The position numbers were made by a program, and so were the translations under genes. From positions 2,545-66,544 of the forward strand of contig CANRIN010000004.1 in NCBI GenBank assembly GCA_947630675.1: a stretch of DNA of 64,000 nt. Direction: 5' to 3'. A model generated the notes under the pieces. The model was not told where the DNA came from, ran no database searches, and saw only the letters and a program-made list of their open reading frames with translations. Of the stretch, positions 44,758-53,458 are shown in pieces (positions within the stretch are counted from its first letter, which is position 1; every line of letters begins with the position of its first letter). This DNA is from an uncultured Clostridia bacterium (GTDB lineage: Bacteria > Bacillota > Clostridia > Oscillospirales > JAAYOS01).

Positions 44758-45390
44758 ATGGAAGGCGACCGAAGTAGCACCGAACCGAAACGAAGCGACG
44801 CGCGGCTTACCGACAAGAAAAAGAAGCCGCCGTCATCAAAGAAAAACTTCAACCCGCGCTGGATAATAACCCTGTTCTTTATGACGATGGCTATATCCAT
44901 GACGATGTCGTTTATCTCAAGCGAAGCGCTGCGCGGTGTTGGGGACATAGTCGCGTTCTGTGTGCTCGGTTTTTTCATACTGCTCGGTATAGTTTTTGAC
45001 GTTATAGGCGTGGCGGTGACTGCGGCGGACGAAAAGCCGCTCAATTCGATGGCCGCCCGCAAGGTGAACGGCGCGCGCGAAGCGCTCGCGCTCGTGCGGT
45101 CGGCGGACAAGGTGTCCTCCTTCTGCAACGACGTCGTGGGGGACATATCCGGCATCATCTCCGGCGCCACCGGAGCCATAATCGCCACGCGCCTTGTCGC
45201 GAGCTTCGACCTGCCGAACGTCGTAGTGAGCCTCCTGATGAGCGGAATGATCTCCGCTCTCACTGTCGGAGGCAAGGCGGTGGGCAAGAGCCTCGCGATA
45301 AATTACAGCACCGTCATAGTCCACTATGCCGGACGCGTGGTGTATTTTGTAAAGCGTCCCTTCACCTTCAGAAAACACAAACACAAATAA
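44758..45390 (+). CDS. oapA: Four-TM membrane protein immediately downstream of the ncRNA; candidate OLE-associated protein A
   Basis: The start is trimmed to ATG 44758, which has an AAGGAG RBS. 210 aa (about 22 kDa) with four hydrophobic helices and Lys/Arg-rich N- and C-termini. Size, topology and position match the description of OapA. The sequence family was not verified by search. Confidence 0.65.
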   Translation: MEGDRSSTEPKRSDARLTDKKKKPPSSKKNFNPRWIITLFFMTMAISMTMSFISSEALRGVGDIVAFCVLGFFILLGIVFDVIGVAVTAADEKPLNSMAARKVNGAREALALVRSADKVSSFCNDVVGDISGIISGATGAIIATRLVASFDLPNVVVSLLMSGMISALTVGGKAVGKSLAINYSTVIVHYAGRVVYFVKRPFTFRKHKHK

Positions 45391-45419
45391 GTCGGACACA
45401 GAGGGACGGGGGTGTTTCG

Positions 45420-47240
45420 GTGTCCATCCTCGATGGGATACATTCCCCCGAAGACGTAAAAAAGCTGGATATGGCGCAGCTCGACGAACTTTGTGCCGAG
45501 CTGCGCCGCGAAATAACGGACAGCGTGCTCCGCACCGGCGGGCACCTGGCCTCAAGTCTCGGCGCGGTGGAGATCATTGTTGCTCTTCATCGTGTTTTTT
45601 CGACCCCTAAGGATAAAATCATCTTCGATGTCGGCCATCAGTCCTACGCTCATAAGCTCCTCACCGGACGCCGGGACACGTTTGACACACTGCGCCGGTT
45701 CGGCGGGCTCTCCGGCTTTCCCGACCCCGCCGAGAGCGAGCACGACGCGTTCCGCGTCGGCCACGCATCCACATCGGTGTCCGCCGCGCTCGGCATGGCT
45801 CGGGCAAGGACGCTGAAGGGAGAGGACCGCAACATCGTCGCTCTGCTTGGCGACGGGGCGCTTACCGGCGGGCTCGCATATGAGGCGCTTACCGACGCGG
45901 GTCAGTCCCGCGAGCGCCTTATAGTAATACTCAACGACAACGAGATGTCGATAGCGCACAACGTCGGCGGTGTGGAGCAGATGCTCGGAAGGCTGCGCCT
46001 GCGCCCGGGATACATGCGCGCAAAGGACAAATTCCGCGCCGCCACCAGCAGGGGCCGCATAGGCCACGCCGTGTACCGCGTCGTACACGGCTCGAAGCAG
46101 TTTCTCAAGAGCCTTCTCATACGCTCAAACATATTCGAGGACATGGGCTTTACCTACCTCGGACCGGTGGACGGGCATGACGTGAAAAATCTCTGCCGGC
46201 TGCTCGAGCTCTCGAAGAGCTACAACGGACCGGTGCTGATACACGCGGTCACCGTCAAGGGCAGGGGATACGGCCCTGCGGAAAACGACCCGGAGAAGTA
46301 CCACAGCGTCTCGCCGGCGGGCAGCGCAAAGCCCGGGATGAGTTATTCACGCGCGTTCGGGGACGCGCTCGTCGAGCTTGCGCGCGAGGACAGCCGGATA
46401 TGCGCCATCACGGCGGCCATGGAGAGCGGAACAGGTCTTGAGAAGTTCGCGCGTGAATTCCCCGAGCGCTTTTTTGACGTGGGCATAGCGGAGGAGCACG
46501 CCATGACGATGGCGGCAGGGCTCTCGGCGGCGGGGATGAAGCCGGTGTTTGCCGTCTACTCCACCTTCGCGCAGAGAAGCTATGACGAGCTGCTGCACGA
46601 CGTCGCGCTTCAAAAGCTGCCGGTCGTCATAGCCGTCGACCGCGCGGGCCTCGTCGGAGAGGACGGCGCTACGCACCACGGAGTTTTTGACCCGGGCTTT
46701 CTTGCACAGGCTCCGGGGATAAGAGTATACTGCCCGGCAAACGCGGCGGAGACGCGGGAGTATCTGCGCCTCGCGTTCGACTGCGGTGCCCCCTGCGCGA
46801 TACGCTATCCGCGCGGAGGCGAGGGCAGGTTCACAGGGATCTCCCACGGCGGGGCGGAGGTCGTGAGACGCGGTTCGGACGTGACGGTGGCCGCTTACGG
46901 GCACATGCTCTCAAACGCGCTTGACGCCGCCGACATCCTCGAAAAGCGCGGTGTTTCTGCCGAAATAGTGAAGATAAATACGCTCGTGCCGCTCGACACC
47001 GAAACCGTGTTTGCGTCCGCCGGGCGGACGGGGTGCCTCGTCGTGGCGGAGGACTGCTGCGCCGAGGGCTCTGCGGGGCAGCGGCTGGCCGCGAAGGCGG
47101 CATGCGCCGGAGAGAGATTCGAAATAAAGCTTCTGAACCTCGGGAACCGCTTCTGTGAGCACGGTCCCGTGTCGGAGCTCGAGAGATATTACGGCATTGA
47201 CGGCGAAGGTATCGCGGAGGTGGCGCTGTGGCAAAAATGA
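45420..47240 (+). CDS. dxs: 1-deoxy-D-xylulose-5-phosphate synthase
   Basis: GTG start. GGHLASSLGAVEI, DVGHQSYAHKLLTGR, thiamine-PP motif GDGALTGGLAYEALTDAG, and a transketolase-like C-terminus. Confidence 0.95.
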   Translation: MSILDGIHSPEDVKKLDMAQLDELCAELRREITDSVLRTGGHLASSLGAVEIIVALHRVFSTPKDKIIFDVGHQSYAHKLLTGRRDTFDTLRRFGGLSGFPDPAESEHDAFRVGHASTSVSAALGMARARTLKGEDRNIVALLGDGALTGGLAYEALTDAGQSRERLIVILNDNEMSIAHNVGGVEQMLGRLRLRPGYMRAKDKFRAATSRGRIGHAVYRVVHGSKQFLKSLLIRSNIFEDMGFTYLGPVDGHDVKNLCRLLELSKSYNGPVLIHAVTVKGRGYGPAENDPEKYHSVSPAGSAKPGMSYSRAFGDALVELAREDSRICAITAAMESGTGLEKFAREFPERFFDVGIAEEHAMTMAAGLSAAGMKPVFAVYSTFAQRSYDELLHDVALQKLPVVIAVDRAGLVGEDGATHHGVFDPGFLAQAPGIRVYCPANAAETREYLRLAFDCGAPCAIRYPRGGEGRFTGISHGGAEVVRRGSDVTVAAYGHMLSNALDAADILEKRGVSAEIVKINTLVPLDTETVFASAGRTGCLVVAEDCCAEGSAGQRLAAKAACAGERFEIKLLNLGNRFCEHGPVSELERYYGIDGEGIAEVALWQK

Positions 47241-48037
47241 GACTTGACGTGCTGCTCGTAGAGCGCGGGATATTCCAGAGCCGCGAGCGCGCCCGTGCAG
47301 CGATAATGAGCGGCGAGGTGTTCGTGGCGGGCGTACGCGTGGACAAGGCCGGAGCGTCGGTGCCGGAGGACGCGGAGGTGGAGTTCCGCGGCCGCGCGAT
47401 ACCGTATGTGAGCCGGGGAGGACTGAAGCTTGAAAAGGCGCTCTCTGTCTTTCCGGTGGATCTCGAGGGCGTCCGCGCGGCGGATGTCGGCGCTTCCACC
47501 GGCGGCTTTACCGACTGTATGCTCCGAAACGGCGCGGCGAAGGTCTACGCGATAGACGTGGGCTACGGGCAGCTCGCGTGGTCGCTCCGCACGGACGAGC
47601 GCGTCGTCGTCATGGAGCGGACGAATATCCGCAGCGTCACACCGGATATGATAGGCGAACCGCTCGACTTCGCGTCGATAGACGTGAGCTTCATTTCGCT
47701 TCGGATAGTTCTTCCGTGCGTGAAGCCCCTGCTCCGCGCCGGAGGGGAGGTCGTTGCGCTGGTGAAGCCTCAGTTTGAGGCGGGGCGCGAAAAGGTGGGA
47801 AAGAAGGGCGTCGTCCGCGATCCGGCAACGCACCTCGAGGTTTTGGAAGCGTTCCTCACCCACGCGCATGACGCCGGATTTGCCGTGAAAGGGCTGGACT
47901 TCTCTCCCGTCAGAGGACCGGAGGGCAACATAGAGTATCTTGCGCACCTCTCAAGCGAGGGCGAGAGCGGAGACTTCGACCTGGAGAAGCTGGTGGAGAG
48001 CTCACACTCCGCGCTCGACGGAAAGGAGAGCGTGTGA
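47228..48037 (+). CDS. tlyA: TlyA-family 16S/23S rRNA (cytidine-2'-O)-methyltransferase
   Basis: S4 domain (RLDVLLVERG...SRERA) plus FtsJ-like methyltransferase (DVGASTGGFTDCML, ALVKPQFEAGRE). Confidence 0.9.
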   Translation: MAKMRLDVLLVERGIFQSRERARAAIMSGEVFVAGVRVDKAGASVPEDAEVEFRGRAIPYVSRGGLKLEKALSVFPVDLEGVRAADVGASTGGFTDCMLRNGAAKVYAIDVGYGQLAWSLRTDERVVVMERTNIRSVTPDMIGEPLDFASIDVSFISLRIVLPCVKPLLRAGGEVVALVKPQFEAGREKVGKKGVVRDPATHLEVLEAFLTHAHDAGFAVKGLDFSPVRGPEGNIEYLAHLSSEGESGDFDLEKLVESSHSALDGKESV

Positions 48038-48888
48038 TGACGCGAATCAATACTCTGCTGATATATTCAAATCCCGACCGCGACCCCAGCCTGGTGTACG
48101 CGGCGAAGATGGAAGAGACCGCACGCCGCCTCGGCGCCTCCGTCACTCTCTGTGACTCACACTGCGGGCGGGACGAGCTTCTCTCCCTGCTTGCCGGGCG
48201 GGATATGGCGGCGGTGCTCGGCGGGGACGGAACGATACTTTCCGCCGCCGTTCCGGCTGCGGAGGCGGGCGTTCCGATACTCGGGATAAACCTTGGAAAT
48301 ATAGGCTTCATGAGCGCGTTCGACGCCTCCGACGGAGACTCGCTCGAAACGGTGCTCAAGGGCAGTTACGTCACGGACGAACGCGCGCTCCTATCGGTAC
48401 GCGCGGAGCGGGACGGCAGAGAGTTCTTCCACGCTGCGGCGCTCAACGACGCGGTCATCTCCGCGGGAGAGCTCGGAAGGATGGTGCGCGTCGAGATATC
48501 CTGCGGCGGGAGCCGAGTAGCAGTTCTGCGCGGCGACGGCGTCATCGCCGCGACGCCTACCGGCTCGACGGCGTACTCGCTTTCGGCGGGAGGCCCGATA
48601 ATCGACCCGCGCTCCGACTGCATGGTTTTGACGCCGGTCTGTGCGCACACACCGTACGCACGTCCTATCGTGCTGCCGCTCTGCTCCGAAGTGCGGCTCA
48701 GAGCGCCCGAGAGCGCCGTCCTGACGGTGGACGGTCGGCAGGGAACGCGGCTTGAACCGGGAGACAGTGTGCTCATCGGCAAATACGCCAAAAAAACTAC
48801 ATTGATACGCTTGCAAAATTATGACTTTTATGGTATCATTGGTACAAAACTTTGGCAGACACAAATATCGGAGGTGGGCAATCTGTGA
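48034..48888 (+). CDS. nadK: NAD kinase
   Basis: GGDGT motif (VLGGDGTILSAA), INLGNIGFM, and ATPTGSTAYSLSAGGPI. Confidence 0.9.
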   Translation: MMTRINTLLIYSNPDRDPSLVYAAKMEETARRLGASVTLCDSHCGRDELLSLLAGRDMAAVLGGDGTILSAAVPAAEAGVPILGINLGNIGFMSAFDASDGDSLETVLKGSYVTDERALLSVRAERDGREFFHAAALNDAVISAGELGRMVRVEISCGGSRVAVLRGDGVIAATPTGSTAYSLSAGGPIIDPRSDCMVLTPVCAHTPYARPIVLPLCSEVRLRAPESAVLTVDGRQGTRLEPGDSVLIGKYAKKTTLIRLQNYDFYGIIGTKLWQTQISEVGNL

Positions 48889-49340
48889 AAAAGGAGCGTC
48901 ACGAGAAAATAATCGAGCTTGTGAGGACAAGCAAGGTCGGTACACAGGATGAGCTCGTCGATATGCTGCGCGAAGCGGGCTACGACGTGTCTCAGGCCAC
49001 TATTTCCCGGGACATCAAGGAGCTGCGGCTGCAAAAGGCGGCCGCCCCTTCTTTCGGATACAGGTACGTTCTTCCGGACGAGCGGCCGGACAGCACAGGC
49101 GACGAGCGCCTTCAGGACATATTCCGCAAGAGCGTTTCCAATGTGGACTATGCGGCAAACATTATCGTCATAAAGACCATGGCCGCCCTTGGCAGCGCGG
49201 CGTGCGCCGCAGTCGACGGGATGAAGTACGACGGCATAGTCGGCACCCTCGCGGGTGACGATACGGGGCTTATCATAGTGCGCAGCGAAGAACAGGCGCG
49301 CAGGCTCTGCGAACATCTGCGCGAGCTTATTGAGGGCTGA
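48885..49340 (+). CDS. argR: Arginine repressor
   Basis: The start is trimmed to GTG 48885, with GGAGGTG 8 nt upstream; it overlaps the nadK stop. RHEKIIELV....TQDELVDMLREAGYDVSQATISRDIKEL, and GTLAGDDT in the C-terminal domain. Confidence 0.9.
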   Translation: MKKERHEKIIELVRTSKVGTQDELVDMLREAGYDVSQATISRDIKELRLQKAAAPSFGYRYVLPDERPDSTGDERLQDIFRKSVSNVDYAANIIVIKTMAALGSAACAAVDGMKYDGIVGTLAGDDTGLIIVRSEEQARRLCEHLRELIEG

Positions 49341-49342
49341 AG

Positions 49343-51028
49343 ATGCTTCTCTTTCTGCAAATCGAGAATATAGCCGTAGTGGAACGCGCGGAGGTCGAGC
49401 CGGGCGAGCGACTGAGCGTCCTCACCGGTGAGACCGGCGCGGGCAAGAGCATCGTCATAGATGCGATAAACGCCGTCCTCGGCGAGAGAATGCCGCGCGA
49501 CCTGATACGCTCCGGCGAGAAGAGCGCCACCGTGAGCGCGTGTTTTTCGCCGCTCGCTCCCAGCGTGCTTGAATGGCTTGATGAAAACGGCTACGAACCG
49601 GACGAGGACGGCTCGCTCATTATACGCAGGAGCCTTTCGGCGGACAGTCGGAACCTCTGCCGTATAGGCGACCGGCCGGTGAGCGTGTCCGCGCTGAAAA
49701 AGCTAGGAGCGCTTCTTGTCAACATACACGGTCAGCACGACAGCGGACGTCTGCTCGACGAGCACGCGCACCTCGGCTATCTTGACGGATTTGCGGGAGA
49801 CGGCGAGCTTCTAGGAAGCTATCACGCTGTCTGGGGCGAGCTGCGGGAGATACGCGGGGAGATAGAAAGGCACACCCTCGGCGAGGAGGAAAAGGCGTTC
49901 CGCGCAGACTTCCTGCGGCGGCGGATAGAGGATGTCGAGGGAGCAGAGCTTGAAGCGGGCGAGGAGGAGGAGCTTACCGCGCGGAGGAAAATACTCCAAA
50001 GCGCACAGAAGCTCTCCGATGCCGTGGACGACAGCATTTCCGAGCTCTACGGAGGCGAGGACTACTCCGGCGCGCTCGCGCTTATCGAGAGTGCAGCCGG
50101 GCGCATTGATGAGGCCGCGCAGACCGATGCAAGCCTTTCTGAGCTTGCGTCAAAGCTCCGCGACCTTCGGTTTGCCGCGGAGGATGCGGCGGACGACCTG
50201 AGAAGGCTCCGCGGCGAGTACGACTTCTCGCCTGAAGAAATAGACGAGGTGGAAAGCCGCCTCGACGTCATAAATACTCTCGAGCACCGCTACGGCGGCA
50301 CGGTCGAGACGCTGCTCAGCGACCTCGACAAGTGGCGCGCGGAGCTTTCGGACATAGAGTTTTCGGAGGAAGCGCTCGAGAGGCTCCGCCGGCGCGAGGC
50401 GGATACGCTGAAGCGCGCGGAGAAGCTTGCGGATGAGCTCGGCGCTGTACGCCGCGAGGCGGGCGTCCGGCTCGCCGAAGCGATAGAACGCGAGCTCCGC
50501 GAGCTCGATATGCCGGGCGTACGGTTTGTCACCGAAGTCGAAAAGAGCGCCCTCGGCGCGGACGGCGGAGACGGCGTCCGCTTCCTTATCTCCGCGAACG
50601 CGGGCGAGGAGCTGAAGCCACTCAGCAGGATAGCGTCCGGCGGCGAGCTGTCGAGGATAATGCTTGCGATGAAGTCGGTGCTGACATCCGGCGACGAAGT
50701 GGCCACGCTCATATTCGACGAGGTGGACTCCGGCGTGAGCGGACGTGCTGCGCAGCGCGTAGCGGAAAAGCTTGCCAAGATCGGGCGCTCGAGACAGGTG
50801 CTCTGCGTGTCGCACCTGCCGCAGCTTGCGGCCATGGCGGACTGCCAGCTCCTTGTCGAGAAGCGCGAGCGGAACGGGCGCACCTTCACGTCGGTGATAA
50901 ATCTCGACGGCGAGGCGCGCGAGCACGAGCTTGCGCGTATAATCGGAGGCGAAGAGGTGACCGACACCATCCTCCGAAGCGCGCGCGAGCTCATCGACGC
51001 GGCGGACCGCTACAAACAAAACTTGTAA
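49343..51028 (+). CDS. recN: DNA repair protein RecN
   Basis: Walker A LTGETGAGKS, long coiled coil, SMC signature SGGELSRIMLA, and Walker B LIFDEVDSG. Confidence 0.95.
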   Translation: MLLFLQIENIAVVERAEVEPGERLSVLTGETGAGKSIVIDAINAVLGERMPRDLIRSGEKSATVSACFSPLAPSVLEWLDENGYEPDEDGSLIIRRSLSADSRNLCRIGDRPVSVSALKKLGALLVNIHGQHDSGRLLDEHAHLGYLDGFAGDGELLGSYHAVWGELREIRGEIERHTLGEEEKAFRADFLRRRIEDVEGAELEAGEEEELTARRKILQSAQKLSDAVDDSISELYGGEDYSGALALIESAAGRIDEAAQTDASLSELASKLRDLRFAAEDAADDLRRLRGEYDFSPEEIDEVESRLDVINTLEHRYGGTVETLLSDLDKWRAELSDIEFSEEALERLRRREADTLKRAEKLADELGAVRREAGVRLAEAIERELRELDMPGVRFVTEVEKSALGADGGDGVRFLISANAGEELKPLSRIASGGELSRIMLAMKSVLTSGDEVATLIFDEVDSGVSGRAAQRVAEKLAKIGRSRQVLCVSHLPQLAAMADCQLLVEKRERNGRTFTSVINLDGEAREHELARIIGGEEVTDTILRSARELIDAADRYKQNL

Positions 51029-51054
51029 AAAACGCGCAAACGAGCGTATAAAAA

Positions 51055-51088
51055 GACAGGAGCGGGCTTTGCCCGCTCCTGTCTTTTA
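51055..51088 (+). terminator. Rho-independent terminator after recN
   Basis: GACAGGAGCGGGC (51055-51067) pairs with GCCCGCTCCTGTC (51071-51083), followed by TTTT. Confidence 0.8.
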
Positions 51089-51090
51089 CT

Positions 51091-51657
51091 GCTTCGCACG
51101 CTGCGAACAGCGAAAGCGCGAACCAATTTCTCATCCGACACTCTACTGCTTTCGCCTGCAATATTCACTTCGCGAATATTGCCCGACCTTGAGCACGTTA
51201 CTGGCGGAGCGGCTTCGCCGCGTCCGCCTCGCAGAGAATGCGCCCCTCAACTTGTTACGCACCGTAATTTTCTACCGGGCGCATCAGACCTCGGCGCTTC
51301 GCGCCGACGTCCCGACTTTCTGCTAATTGAAGAAAAAAACTCATCTCGCGGAGCGCGTTTCAAGCGGCGAAGCCGCTTCCGCGCCGGTTCGCGCGGTTGA
51401 AGTTGGCGGCTGCGTCGCCAACTTCGCGCAGGGGCAATTCACTTGCCCCGAGCATTTCAATCGGAAGGGCTCCCACGCGGTCGCGACCGCGTGGGAATTG
51501 CGTAGCGGAGCGTTTGGCACCGGCAGAGCTACGCTCTGTCCGGTACCCTCGGCACGAAAGGGTGCGCAGCGAAGCGAGCACATTTCGTGCCGAGCAATCT
51601 CGCGGCAAATTGGTAAGGGCGCGGATTTCATCCGCGCCCGCGATTTGCCGCGATAAG
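51091..51657 (+). repeat. Hairpin-rich non-coding modular repeat, copy A (inverted relative to copy B at 59754-60350)
   Basis: About 570 bp without a credible ORF, made of consecutive short GC hairpins. The core 51364-51503 aligns to the reverse complement of 59927-60071, including a 37-nt identical run (51446-51482 = rc of 59949-59985). Further colinear blocks are 51222-51322 with 60085-60275, and 51548-51594 with 59754-59810. Confidence 0.75.
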
Positions 51658-52416
51658 ATATTCTTTCATCAGGTCGTCCATGCCGTAGAGTCCGGGCGCT
51701 GTACGCTCCGAGATGAACCTTGCGGCTCGGAGCGCACCCTCCGCGAACACCGCGCGGCTCTGAGCCGTGTGCTTCAGTTCTATTATCTCGTCGTTTCCGG
51801 CAAATATGACCTCGTGCTCGCCGACAATGGTGCCGCCGCGTATGGAGCTTATGCCTATCTCGCCGCGCGGACGCTCACGGCGGCGCTCGTGGCGGTCGTA
51901 GACGTACTCAGCCGAACCGCCCTGAGCTCTGCGTGCGGCGTCCGCAAGCATAAGGGCGGTGCCGGATGGCGCGTCAAGCTTTCTGCGGTGGTGCCGCTCA
52001 AGTATCTCGATATCGTATCCGGCGCCGAGGACTCCCGCGACCTCCTCAACGAGTGCGGTGAGAAGCGCTATGCCGAGCGACATATTTGCCGAGCGGAACA
52101 CCGGCAGCGTCTCCGCTGCGCGCCTGACCGCCTCCGTCTGCTCCTCCGAGTATCCGGTGGTGCAGAGCACGAGCGGAAGCGAACGGGGGAGGGCGTAGTC
52201 GAGTATCCCGCGCAGGGCGGAGGGATGCGAGCAGTCCACGAGGACGTCCGCCGTGCCGGGAAAATCCGCCGGTGAGCGGTATATCTCGAAACCTGCCTTT
52301 TCGGCGCCGTTGATATCGACGCCCGCGGCGATCTCAAAGTCCGGATCCTGCTTTGCCGCGTCCGCGATAAATCCGCCGAGCCTTCCTCCGGCACCGCAGA
52401 GAAGTATCTTAGTCAT
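51628..52416 (-). CDS. dapB: 4-hydroxy-tetrahydrodipicolinate reductase
   Basis: The start is trimmed to ATG 52416, which has a GAGGTG RBS. NAD(P) site LLCGAGGRLG and the EILERHHRRKLDAPSGTA signature. Confidence 0.9.
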   Translation of the reverse strand: MTKILLCGAGGRLGGFIADAAKQDPDFEIAAGVDINGAEKAGFEIYRSPADFPGTADVLVDCSHPSALRGILDYALPRSLPLVLCTTGYSEEQTEAVRRAAETLPVFRSANMSLGIALLTALVEEVAGVLGAGYDIEILERHHRRKLDAPSGTALMLADAARRAQGGSAEYVYDRHERRRERPRGEIGISSIRGGTIVGEHEVIFAGNDEIIELKHTAQSRAVFAEGALRAARFISERTAPGLYGMDDLMKEYLIAANRGRG

Positions 52417-52513
52417 TCCTGTCACCTCTGTCCCGCAGCCGCGCGACGGCGGCGGAACATCCCTTTCTTTAGAATTCAGGGGGCGAACGCTCGCCCCCAA
52501 GATAGTTAGAATG

Positions 52514-53401
52514 TCAGTCGAGGAGCCCGTAGTCCGCGAGAGTGTCGCGGAGCATCTCTTCGTTTGCCTCGCTCATTTCGACGAGAGGCATACGCGTCGG
52601 TCCGACGCCCATACCCATCATGTTCATCGCCGTCTTGACCGGTATCGGGTTTGTCTCGACAAAGAGGGCGCGCATGAGGGGGTAGTACTTGTAGTGCAGC
52701 TCGCGCGCCCGCTCGAAGTCACCCTCGAGGCAGGCGTGGGAGAGCTCGACCATCGCGCCGGGCAGGATGTTCGAGAGGACCGAGATAATGCCCTTTGCGC
52801 CGAGCGACATCATCGGAAGCGTTGCGCTGTCGTCTCCGCTCCAGATATTGAGGTCGTCTCCGCAGGCCATTTTTGTGCGGCTGACGAGCTCGAGGTCGCC
52901 GCTCGCCTCCTTGACGCCGTTGATGTTCGGGTGCTTCGAGAGCTCCTTGTAGGCGTCCACAGTGAAGCCCATGCCGGTGCGGCTGGGGATGTTGTAGAGG
53001 ATTATCGGGATGTTCACCCTGTCCGCGACGGCCTCAAAGTGGCGGACAAGTCCGCGCTGGGTCGTCTTGTTGTAGTAGGGGGTGACCATCAGAAGTGCGT
53101 CCGCGCCGCTCTTCTCGGCGTTCTGGCTCATCATGATGGCGTGTGCCGTGTCATTTGAGCCGGTGCCGGCTATTATCTTTATCCGGCCCGCCGCGCGCTT
53201 TATCGCGTATTCGACGGTAGCGAGGTGCTCCGGGATAGTCTGCGTAGACGCTTCGCCGGTGGTGCCGCATACGACGAGAGCCTCGACCCCGGCGTCGATC
53301 TGCTGCTCGATGAGCTCACCGAGCTTCTCGAAGTTGACAAAATCGGATGTGAATGGGGTGATCAGTGCCGTACCTACTCCTGTAAAAATCGGCTGCTTCA
53401 T
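52514..53401 (-). CDS. dapA: 4-hydroxy-tetrahydrodipicolinate synthase
   Basis: GVGTALITPF, VVCGTTGEASTQT, YNIPSRTG, and the active-site Lys context GVKEASG. Confidence 0.95.
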   Translation of the reverse strand: MKQPIFTGVGTALITPFTSDFVNFEKLGELIEQQIDAGVEALVVCGTTGEASTQTIPEHLATVEYAIKRAAGRIKIIAGTGSNDTAHAIMMSQNAEKSGADALLMVTPYYNKTTQRGLVRHFEAVADRVNIPIILYNIPSRTGMGFTVDAYKELSKHPNINGVKEASGDLELVSRTKMACGDDLNIWSGDDSATLPMMSLGAKGIISVLSNILPGAMVELSHACLEGDFERARELHYKYYPLMRALFVETNPIPVKTAMNMMGMGVGPTRMPLVEMSEANEEMLRDTLADYGLLD

Positions 53402-53458
53402 ACTATTCGGCTCCTTTATAGGGTTCTTGTTTGCTGTTTTTTGTCTGATACCGTGCGT

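Noticed and set aside
51327-51656. ORFs inside the two repeat elements (51327-51656, 51341-51631, 51360-51608, 59707-60036, 59815-60108, 59891-60115, 59907-60155) that share a peptide-like string (RVGALPIEMLGA..)
   Set aside because: The shared peptide is simply the translation of the 37-nt identical core. Reading frames are not maintained outside it and several frames are open at once. There is no RBS, and substitutions preserve hairpins rather than codons.
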